NCBI GenBank assembly: GCA_026025075.1
Contig: JAPEUI010000038.1
Span: forward strand, 1-64,000
DNA: 64,000 nucleotides
Reading direction: 5' to 3'
DNA from: Vezdaea acicularis
Taxonomy: Eukaryota
The translations under genes and the position numbers were made by a program. Below the pieces are notes generated by a model. That model was not told where the DNA came from. It saw nothing but the letters and a program-made list of their open reading frames with translations, and searched no databases. Of the stretch, positions 51,713 through 61,900 are shown piece by piece. Numbering within the stretch: the first letter of the stretch is position 1; every line of letters starts with the position of its first letter.

Positions 51713-52384
51713 TCACAAACCCCCATCAACTCGTTCACTCCTCCCCGACGCCCGTCCCACATCAAACCACCCCCTTCCTGCAGAACCGTCCTCCAACCTG
51801 CACTTCCTCTGCCTCGACCCAGCACCACAGCTACCAGCCTCCCTTTGCCTCGTATTCACTCTCGGCCCCGTCCTATCCCACCCTCCCTTCATCCCCTCCA
51901 TCAACTCCTTACTCCTACTCTCCGCCAACCTAACACCCACCAGCGCCAGCGCCTTCCACTGCTCGAAACACATACAGTGTTCCAAACAGTACTCCTGAAC
52001 CTGTTCCACGAGCTGCGCCTCCGCCAAATAGGTACCATACGGAACCGGACCCATCTGCACCTCCGACCCCATCTGCGCAAAATGCTCCAGCGTGGACCTC
52101 GCCCTCGTCTTCAGCGCCACCACCGCCTTGCCATCCGCCGCACACTTGAGGTTGAAAAGCTGATCGAAGCCGCATAGCTCGCTAAGTGAGTGAAAGACAA
52201 TCTCGGGCACGTACAGCAGCCGTCCGGAACCGCGGAAGGAGTGCGTCGAGGCCCACGCCGAGGGGACCTCGCCGAAGCAGATGATGTCCTTGTCTGTGAC
52301 TGCGACTACGCCGCCGATCCGGCTGACCGCGATCCAGAAGACCAGGACCATCACCAGCGGCGAAGGAGGAGGGAAACTGCGCAT
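51713..52384 (-). CDS. Secreted Cys-pattern protein (family member 3)
   Basis: ATG at 52384: MRSFPPPSPLVMVLVFWIAVSRIGGVVA (signal-like), DIICFGEVPSAW...FHSLSELCG....NLKC...YCLEHCMC. A TATAAA lies about 90 bp upstream on the minus strand. Confidence 0.68.
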   Translation of the reverse strand: MRSFPPPSPLVMVLVFWIAVSRIGGVVAVTDKDIICFGEVPSAWASTHSFRGSGRLLYVPEIVFHSLSELCGFDQLFNLKCAADGKAVVALKTRARSTLEHFAQMGSEVQMGPVPYGTYLAEAQLVEQVQEYCLEHCMCFEQWKALALVGVRLAESRSKELMEGMKGGWDRTGPRVNTRQREAGSCGAGSRQRKCRLEDGSAGRGWFDVGRASGRSERVDGGL

Positions 52385-53037
52385 CGCGCCGCGTGGAAGG
52401 TGTATCCTCTTCTTGCCGTGACTGTATGTCGTTTGCGCCAAACTCGCGTCCTGCGAGGCGCGCACACCCCCTTTATAAAAAAAAATCCTCGTCATTGATC
52501 TGTCGTAGCGGTACCCTTCCTATCTTCCTAAATCCTTCCATCTTCACCGTCGATCTAACCTTTCTCTTCCACCTGATCCGAAACCGCGGCTCTGGAGGGA
52601 GTTTCACGCTGGAGCCGGGCTTATATCCCTCGTTGTTTCTTTTCCCCTCCCGGTTCTTGCCAGGAAACAATGGTTCCGATTTGCGAACCCCACGCTCTGA
52701 ATGTACGGATGTAGGTAGGTAGGTGACAAAAAAACGTATTCAATAGGGGCGTGGGGGCTATACATCAAATACAAGTCAAGTCACATCACATGTGCATCAG
52801 GCGGAACAGAGCTAAATCTCAGAGTGGTAATCCCGTGATATAAACCTTACGAACCCGGTATCTATCAACGTGGAAAGCGAGACCCAGACGCAGCGACGCC
52901 GTCCCCTTCGTCCCGTCAATGACAGCGTGCCACCAAAGCAGTAGCTGCTGCTGCCATCTCTCGGGAGAAGAGAAAACCCCGCCCGTCTAGCCTACAAGTG
53001 AAGGTACCGAACCGAACTTGAATCCAATCGGATGGAT

Positions 53038-54978
53038 TCAGGCAGGCCAGCCTCCAACCCACTCATGCTGCGAAACACTCCCTAACCTGCGCCCATCCCG
53101 ACTCCAGTAGTCCTGCCCTTCCCGCTCGCGCTGCACCTGATTCTTACGATCCCAAACACCGACCCCAACACCCACATCTACACCGCTATATCCAGACAAA
53201 CCCCCCATAGACCCGATATTCCCCATAGAAAACAAGCCCCCCGCGTCCACGGAAGAAGGCGAGCGCGGACTGCGTGACGACGTCGTGGAAGTATAGGCCC
53301 TCCGTCGCTCGCCCAGCGCCGCCCACTTATCGATGACGCTGCGTCTGGCCGGCGGCGAATACTTGAGCGGCGACGAGGAATGGTGCGGGTGATGGTCCTC
53401 AAAGAAAAAGCCGTCGTTTTCGTTGACGCCATCGAGGCCTATTCCGGACGTGCTGCTGACAGCATGCGGGCCTGCGGGAGAGCGAGTCCTTGTATTTACA
53501 GAAGAGGCGGACTGCTCCGAGAGGCCCGCACGCGGCTGGATGGTGCGGTCGTTGGTCATGTCCACATCGTCGTCGTCGGTAAGATGCGTATCCTGGCTCC
53601 AGCTGCGCGAGTTCTGCTCGCGACGCTGGCGCTCGACTTCCTCCTCTTCCTCTTCGTCCCAGAGGTCGCTCCAGCTCTTCGACACCATCTCGCTTTTCTG
53701 GCCAAAGACTGTTGACATGCTCGGCAGGGGAACTGATCCGGAGATGGGCATCGGGCTAGACCGTAGCTCTCTCGCGCCGCTTGCCTTTTGAAGGCCGGAG
53801 GATTTGAGCGAGGCACCCAGCCCAGAGTCCAAAGCGGAGACGACAGACGCGGTAGCCGCATCCACCATGTACCAATCATTCTTCGACACGACTGAGGTCG
53901 AATAGATATCGTCCGAGTAGTGTTCAATGTCGGGGATTGCGGATAGTTGACGGGTTTGCGGCTGAGGGCTCATGTTCAATGCCTTGGCCCATGGGAAAGC
54001 TCCTACTGCATCAAGCTGTGGGCTTGAGATAGACGGTGTTCGCAGGGGCTCTCGGTTGGCGCTTGGGGGGACAACTTGACGGTCGTTGGTGCAGAAGTCG
54101 TCCAAGATCTCATCATCGGTTGTGAAGGTGATTACACGATTAAGCGCTTCACGAACGGCCGAGAGCGATCTCTTTCTAGGGTCCAGCGCCAATGAATGAA
54201 CCAAGACCTCATACGTATCCTGAGACATGGTGGGAAAGACATCGAAAAGTGACTGCGGATCCCTGACGTAATCGGCGAAGAGCGGGTCTGATTCGGTGGG
54301 AGTGACGAACGGGTTACGAGAGAAGAGGACGTTGAGCAGACAGATGCCGATGGCCCAAACGTCCGCACGCTCTGGCGAGTAACCCATGCCTGCGGGATCA
54401 TATTGTTCAGGTGACATGTATCGATCGCTGCCCACCGTTGATTCCAAGGTGAATGTATCTCTAGTGGCCAACCCAAAATCACCAAGCTTCATTGAACCAG
54501 ACTGGGTCAAGAAGATATTCTCAGGCTTGATGTCTCGGTGATAGATGCCCATACTGTGCATGTATGCCACGGCATCCACGAGCTGAAGCATGAACTCCCG
54601 AACGTGTTCGGTCTCCAAGGGCCCACGGCCTACTCGAATTGCTTCGTACAAATCGCCCATGGAGCAAAACTCGAGGACGAGATAGATGTGAGCATCGGAT
54701 TCGAATGAGTCGAGGAGGTTGACGATGTTCGGATGGGAGCCGAGGGTGGTGTGACATTCGAGTTCTTCAGATCTTTCGTCGATGGCAAAGGTAGCTGGAC
54801 AGGTGTTCTCAGAAGGGATAGCCGCCTTAGTCAAGCATTTCACCGCCACTAGGTTGTCGGTGAACGAGTCATTTGCCAAGAAGACCATGCCGAAAGAGCC
54901 GTGATTGAGCGGAGAGATGGTCTGGTATCGACCATTGAGGACGATGCCCTCATTGAAGCTGTTCCGCATACAATCCAT
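53038..54978 (-). CDS. KSP1: Ser/Thr protein kinase, Ksp1-like (RAN/Pat1 group), intronless
   Basis: MDCMRNSFNEGIVLNGRYQTISPLNHGSFGMV, AVK, GDLYEAI, HRDIKPEN, DFG, GSDRYMSPE, SKSWSDL, long disordered tail. Confidence 0.85.
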   Translation of the reverse strand: MDCMRNSFNEGIVLNGRYQTISPLNHGSFGMVFLANDSFTDNLVAVKCLTKAAIPSENTCPATFAIDERSEELECHTTLGSHPNIVNLLDSFESDAHIYLVLEFCSMGDLYEAIRVGRGPLETEHVREFMLQLVDAVAYMHSMGIYHRDIKPENIFLTQSGSMKLGDFGLATRDTFTLESTVGSDRYMSPEQYDPAGMGYSPERADVWAIGICLLNVLFSRNPFVTPTESDPLFADYVRDPQSLFDVFPTMSQDTYEVLVHSLALDPRKRSLSAVREALNRVITFTTDDEILDDFCTNDRQVVPPSANREPLRTPSISSPQLDAVGAFPWAKALNMSPQPQTRQLSAIPDIEHYSDDIYSTSVVSKNDWYMVDAATASVVSALDSGLGASLKSSGLQKASGARELRSSPMPISGSVPLPSMSTVFGQKSEMVSKSWSDLWDEEEEEEVERQRREQNSRSWSQDTHLTDDDDVDMTNDRTIQPRAGLSEQSASSVNTRTRSPAGPHAVSSTSGIGLDGVNENDGFFFEDHHPHHSSSPLKYSPPARRSVIDKWAALGERRRAYTSTTSSRSPRSPSSVDAGGLFSMGNIGSMGGLSGYSGVDVGVGVGVWDRKNQVQREREGQDYWSRDGRRLGSVSQHEWVGGWPA

Positions 54979-57900
54979 TGTAGATGAGTTTCTAAGACCA
55001 GGTTTGACGATGGATGGACGTTTGAAAAGCCAAGAATTAATACAACAGATCCGAGTCAAGTCTCTTTGACGAGAGAGAAGATGTGATGATCGAGGAGAAA
55101 TCCAAGGAACAGAATCGAGGAATCGCTTTTGGGAAAGAGGTAATAATGTCACAGGATGATGTAAGACTTAGATGCGGTGGAGGAAAAGAGTCGAGAAGTG
55201 TAGGTCGAAAGAATAGAGAATAACTGGAAAGGGTTGCAAAACGCTAGATGAGAGTGCTCCAACCGCCGAACTGTAATGGCGAAAAACTCCGAAAGGCTCC
55301 GTGTGTCATATACTGCAGGTAGAAAAGGTCGAGAGGATACAAATAAAGAATGGTGTGTTCGTGGTTGAGACAGGTCAAGCAAGACCGCCCGTACGCTAGA
55401 GGCAAGGAAAGTAAGGAACGCTTATAAGATCATTGGATTGTTATTTTTGGTCGATGAACATTCAACGTGTAAGAATGTCAACGTTGCTTGAAGGAGAGAG
55501 GTGGTGATGAGTCAAGGACGAAGGGCGTGAAAGTACGGCTGCCTGGGCGGACTTTGATGAACGAGATAGCATTCAATGCCTTTGAGGGTTCAGGAAACGG
55601 AAAGTCGTAAGGCGTAGAAGAAGATGTCTTGGATGTCGCACCACAGTGGGGAGCAAGCGTGGTGACGACGAGTTGGCTCGACCAAGATTCGAGCAGAGTG
55701 GTCGAATTAACGAATCTGCCGCGGCCAGTGATGACAGTGAAGCGAACACATGTACCTCGAGCTTGGGACAGGCGTCAGCGACGGAGGCCTTTGGAGGTAG
55801 CAAGACTTGAATGACTCGTAGGCTCGGACGCTAGAGGCCTGGTGCTCAGAAAGGGGACCTGAGAGGTTCTGAGGTGGTCCTTCGATCGTGTTCGGCAAAG
55901 ATTCTGGAGGGTTCGATGGTCTTGTCGATGGGATCAGGGAGGTGAGATGCGGTCGATATTAGGAAGAAGTGAAGAAGAAGAGGTATGTCTGACTGATTGC
56001 GTCGTCTTGAGGTGGTCGAGGAATGCTGTCGTTGCTGGCAACGTGGTTCGGCTGAGATGAGGTATGGGGAGCGAGAGTGACGGAGAGCACGAAGAACGCA
56101 GCAGCAACGATTGTCGACGATCAGATGGCAGGAAGGAGAGATGGAGAGGTGAAGAGGGAAAGGAAAAGAGAGAGGAGGGGGAGGAGGAGCGAGATAACGT
56201 TGGTTGTAGCCAGTCGAGTCAAGTCATTCGCTGTGGGAGAGAAAGAGAGCGGTGAGAAGAGGAAAGAAGAAGAGGAAGAGAAGGTGGGAGAGGGAGAAGC
56301 TATAGCGGATGGCGGGAGATGCAGCAGTGCAGGTGGCGGCGGCCGATGAACGAGCGAGGAGCGAGGTGAGTGGGTGAGTCGTGCCGGGCAGGTGAGCGAG
56401 GGGAGCTCTCTCTCTCCCTCTTTCTCTCGTGCGGGCTGGGGAGACGAGCAGCGAGAGGCCGCAGCAGCGCCGGCCTTGGCCCGTTACGAGTGCGACGCAA
56501 CCCAAACAAGCACACGCAGCACCGCGCAGCGCACCCTCTCGCCCTTTCCGCTTGCAGCAGCTTGGGGCCGCCCGGCCCTCGCGGCCCTCGCAGCCCTCGC
56601 AGCCCTCGCGCACCCCGAAATAACTGGGATAGCACGCCCGGGCGCTCATTCGCCAACCAAGCGAGAGCCCTTCGATGTGGTTCTAGCGCTAGCCCAGCTA
56701 GCGCAGACGGGCGTCCATCGCCGCCCTGATTCGTCTGGCTTGTCGCTCGCGCGTTGCTCTGGTCCGGCCGCCGTAGTCTGGTCAGCGGACCCCTCACCTC
56801 CCTCCTCCCTTCTGTCGCCTTCGCTTCCCTTCCCGCTAAGGACAGCGTCACAGCGGCAGCCATCGCTGCTTTTGGTGCCAGGGCTGTGCGTCAGATTGGG
56901 GGCAGGGGCAGGCAGTTCTGATTTTGGAGGGAGAGAGGTACGCGGAAAAGGCAAAGAATAGAAGTCTCGCGCGCGGCCGATCGCTTGCTCTGCAGGCCCC
57001 CTCTCGTTGCTTCATTGTTGGCCAGGGTGACGCCATACGGTTTGGGAAGAAGCAACGCAGCAACTTTGCCGCTGGCTCTCGCACCACCGCCTGCCCTGAT
57101 CTCCCTTTGGTGCTGTTCGACGAGGCCAGCGCGGATGGACGCGGACGGCCGCCGAGACGAGCAGCGAGCGAACCGCGAGGCACAGGGCTGCCGCTGCGCA
57201 ACCTCATTTCCCTTCCCACCCTGACTGGAAATGAGGTGATTCGTCAGCTGTCCGCGGCCTCGAGCGGTTCGCCAATGGCAGCCCCTGTCACGTCACCGAG
57301 CGAACGGGGAAGGAAAGGGCCATGGGCATCTTCGATCAGCATGACCACGTTCGTCGACTTCAATGGCTTCATCACACGATGCCGCTGCTCATTCGTCCTG
57401 CCCCTTCTCGCTTGGCTTTTTCTTCACGAAGCTTCTTTCACTTGCTCCGTGACGGCGGCATCGCCTTACCCCGCATCCGACGAGGAGATGAGGGAGAGAA
57501 AGGGCTTATGACCGGGACGGGGCACATGAATCGACACGATCGATCAGTCCATCGATCAGGCAAGCAAGACATGCTATCATGCTGCGAAAGGGGAAAGGGC
57601 GTTGTTAAGGCAAAGAGGGGGGGATGACGAAGGTCGATGCCCTGCCTCTGCTGCCTTCTGCTGCTTTCGGTGCTGGCTGCTGGTCGGTGCCTCCGCGTCG
57701 CTGCTGTTGCGAAGCAGCCTGCGACTGTGCGCATTTCTCATCCCGCTCGCATGGACGATTACTGCGATGGGGAACTGACCCCCCCAACCCCACCCCCCTT
57801 TCCCATCCCACATTCCTGGCTGTGTCTCTCTCTTCCCCCTCAGGTCAGGGTCTCCGCCCGTGGATCGCTCGTGGGGCAACGACCGACGACCGCCACGAGC

Positions 57901-60809
57901 GCGGCTGTCAGGATTCGGACGAACCGTGCCCCCCTTCCGGGCCAGTCAATCGGTCGAATTATCGACGGCAGCGATGCTTCCTAGACGGATCAAGGATTCG
58001 GGCAGGCTTCTCGCTGGGTGCAACCTGGCTGCCTTCTGACGTCCGTGGGCAGAGGAGGGGCGAGGAGGGCGAAGGAGGCTTCATCGATGGCGTCAGATCT
58101 CATTTCCCCTCGAGCTTTTTCGATGCCTTCCCAATTCTCGATCAATCCGGGGGCCATGACGAGCAGGCCGCCAGCCTGGCCTCTTTCCGCATTCGCCGAC
58201 GGGGCAAGGCAGGGCAGGCGCAGCCCGTCACTCCGTCGCTCTTTCCATGTTGGGGCGGCCTTGGGTCCAGAACGGTCCCCTCGCCCACCAGAAGCAACTG
58301 CTGGCTCGGTGATGAGATGTGCCGCGCGGATCCTCCGTGCGAAGTTGGCGCTTTCTCCGGCGCCCTCTGCGAGCGAGAGACAAAAGCTGGCCGAGAGGGC
58401 TTTGCCCCTTCGCCGAGTGGCATCGGCTGGTCAGCCACTCAGCAAGGAACGCGGATTAACCTGATCGAGTCGGCCGCGGCTTTATTGTGAGTGGACGGGG
58501 AGATGGTGGTGGAGGGGGGAGGTGGCCGTGGTGGTGTGGTGGGCACGATGGAGGTGCCTCAGGCCTGCATCTCGTGCGTCCGCCGTCGTCCTGCCATTCT
58601 CCTTCTCAAACACGAGATCGACCGCCACCAAACCCTCTTGGACGCTCGACGCTTCGGACGCGGCGGACGCTTCGACGCTCCGACGCTCGACGGCGACTTC
58701 CGGCGGGTCCAAGTGCCCTCCCCTCGATTACAGTAGCAGCGTCGACGGTTGACGACTGTTGACGACCGTTCGGACGCAGCCGGCGATGCGGCCATTGGCG
58801 CTGCGTCTGTCTGGGCCGCATACGAGCGCGTGCTCGTTTTGGGGGCACGTCGAACCGTGTGGATTCTGGATACTGCAGCGCGACGGTTGCTGCTGATGCT
58901 GAGCTCGGCCTGCACGGAGAAGCCGTCCTCATCCCATCTCCCATCGAAACCGCTGCGTGTCCTTTTCGACAGAACCCACGAGTAATTCATCCCCGTTGAC
59001 CGCAGCTGCTCGGCCGCATCTGTCGGTGAGTTATCCGATTGCGGGCGTTGGGTTGCGGTATCGTGCTGGATTCTGCCGCAAGCGAGGGCTGGTTCGGGAA
59101 CAGAGGGCGCGGGTACCTCGCTGACAGTCGGCCACGACCCTCGTCGCGACTTGCACCACTGCAAGCCTGCGAGCCTGCATAAGCCGTGCCATCCACTCAT
59201 GCCACCGTCTCCCTCTCGCTCGCCCTTGCTCTGCCCTCGCGGCCATGGCTAATTTACCGCGCATGCTGCACACGGCGCCGTTGATGCGACGACCGGTCGC
59301 CGTCGGGGAATGATTGCGTTGCAGCGACCACGATCTCGATGCATGGCTAGGTGTAGGCGAGGATGGGTGCGCGGATGGCGTGTGTCGCCCGCCGTTCGGC
59401 TGGCCCTGCCCGCTGCCTTGTTCTGTTCTGTTCTGCTCTCGCCTCGCCCTCGCCTCTCACTCGCGAACACCCGCCGCTGCTCTTTTCGTCCGCCCGTTCC
59501 TGACTCGACCAGACTTGAACTCGACCCGACGTCGACCCGTTTCCAGGCTTGGCCTTTCGCCACGACACCAAACCGCGGCCCCTCCCTCCTCGACCAAACC
59601 GAGATCCACAGTGGGACAGCAATGGGCGGTGAAAACACGCAGAATTTTCACCTCCGCCAACTCTGATTTGCAGACACCAACTTTTATTCGTCACGACGGA
59701 GATTTTCTTAGGGTCTTTCGCCTGCATGCAATACGTTTATTGAACTTGGTTGACTTGCATATCCCGTCGGCTCCACGATCTCGTGGCTTGAGCCGCTCAC
59801 TGGTCCGACACCGCCCACACCGACATTTGCGGTCTGTTTGGCGCTGTTTGTTGACCCACTCCCCCCAATTATCATTGGTTGCGCATGCCACAATGTGTTG
59901 AGATTCGAGTCTACGGTTCAAGCTTATCTGGCATTGATGTTTTTTTTTGTTTTTTTTCTTGGAATTCTTGGATGTTTTCTTCCCGCAACATGGACTTTTG
60001 CATGTGTCAACCAGGTTCTGCCCGCGATTTGTTGATCTTCAACCGCTTGGACTCGTGGAACGGACCCATTCTCCACCACCAACAATCGACCTGAAACTCG
60101 TGCTTGTCTCTTCATTCCCCAGGCAATTAACTCCAATCCATCGCCCTCACTCACTCCCCTCTCTCCAGTCCACCCCGCCCCTCATCCCAAGCCCAAAGAA
60201 CCTCCCCATCCCCGAGGAAACCACCCCCCCCCCGTGTGATGATCCCACTCATCCCCCGCACCAGCATCACCATAACAAGCGGCCTCCTCCCCGCGCCACT
60301 CACAGACCAAACACCGCGCACAACCACCAAGCCAGGTAGTAAACCAACCATGGCTCCAACGCGAGAAAACTAGCGGACCAGAATCCTCAGAGCCCCAACC
60401 AGCCCCTCGTCCCCGGGGGGGGGAAAGGCGTCAGGCCTTTTGCGGCACTTTTCTTTTGAAACTGAGAGCGAGCTAAAATACGCGAATGAATCCTGGGACT
60501 CGGGCGGTCTGTGTGTCGTCGATCCCATCGTCGATCACTCATTCACTCATTCACTCTTATTTATTCTTTTTATTTGTTAGGGAAGATGAACTCTTGAGAT
60601 AGATAGTTATCACGTGGGGAAGTGATATATCAAGCTTGGCATTGCAGATCATTGAGGGGGTTAGATAGTGTGTCTACCCCATCTATCCCATTTTCTTGCA
60701 TAACTTGGGGTGTGGAAAAATCCCCCTTTTTCCCTCGTGACCAGAAACCGGATGGTCGAGGACGGGTAAAGCGATAGATGCACATCACGATCCTCTGTGG
60801 ATAGTGCAC

Positions 60810-61765
60810 AAGATAGCATATATATACACCATGCAACGTCAATACCGACTGGCTTTGTTATGGTACGAGCGTGCCCGAGTCGGACAAGAACAGGTGCTCG
60901 GAAACGACCACGTGGATCCACTACAAACCATCACGAATATGGCAGGAGTTTACTCTGGGCAAGGGCTATTACGACCGAGCTCGTGAGCCGTATGAGAGAG
61001 CGGTTTCCGGGCTAAAACAAGCCTTCGGACACGAGCATCTGAATACAATCAACGTGGTGGTCAGCATCGGAACTGTTTATGCTTGCCAAAGATAGTACGA
61101 CCAGGCGCTCGAGCGCTTTGGACTTGCATTATTCAGCTGCAAAAAGAGATTGGGCAAAGAACTTCCTACGCCGCTACAAACAATGAGCTTCATAGCGCGC
61201 ACGTTTGACTACCAAGGCAAGCACGACATGGCCCTAGAACGATATAATGACGCTAATGTAGGACAGGAGAAGCTTAGGCGTTATATATCAACTAGGCTCC
61301 GTAAGCCGCAAACGGCAGTAAAATACTGCCTTTGTTTTTCCCGATGTCCTGGAGGAACCTGCTCCGTACTGCGCGCAGGCGACAGTCTTTTCGATTTCAT
61401 GCTTGGTCTCGAAACCCCTCCTTAAAAGCGGCCATGATGACTTAGCAGCTATCAGCTACGCACAATTCCATGTGCATAAGCCTTCCTCCACGGAAGATGG
61501 CCCGCTCAAGCATAACGCGATCTGCGATAGATGCGACGCTACGGCCCCGCAAACCTCCATCAGGGAAAAGCAGTACGTCTGTAAGAGTTGCGACGGCGTT
61601 GATCTATGCGAGGATTGCTTTGCTTCTTATCGAAAAGGGGGTGCGGTGCTTGCGGAATGTAGGGAGCACGAGTTTCTGTGGATCGAGTCAAGTCTACGAC
61701 AGGGGAACTCTTGGAATGAAGAGAAGTGGATCAGTTACTTGAAAGATCCGCTGATTGGCTTTTAA
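60810..61765 (+). pseudogene. Degenerate TPR + ZZ zinc-finger gene (NLR-like C-terminal fragment)
   Basis: Kinesin-light-chain-type TPRs (WYERARVGQEQVLGNDH, YERAVSGLKQAFGHEHLNT, LGKELPTPL) are broken by a frameshift at ~60965 and a TAG at 61093-61095. A ZZ finger follows (CDRCD...YVCKSCDGVDLCEDCF...HEF). Confidence 0.75.
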
Positions 61766-61900
61766 CAGAGACTAGTGGCCTTGGATTCGTTATCATTGGA
61801 ATGCTGATGTTAACGTGGTTTACGCTAGTACCGCTAGTATTCGAATTGATATAGATTACTGTATATGCGGTTTTCTACGGGATGTAGGTGAATAGGCTGG

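Noticed and set aside
54979..55152. GTG-initiated N-terminal extension of the KSP1-like kinase
   Set aside because: The kinase-like sequence begins at MDCMR (ATG 54978), and nothing supports use of the near-cognate start.
56224..59901. Many 100-290-aa ORFs upstream of KSP1
   Set aside because: They overlap on both strands, are Arg/Ala/Pro-rich and have no domain motifs, as expected by chance in GC-rich non-coding DNA.
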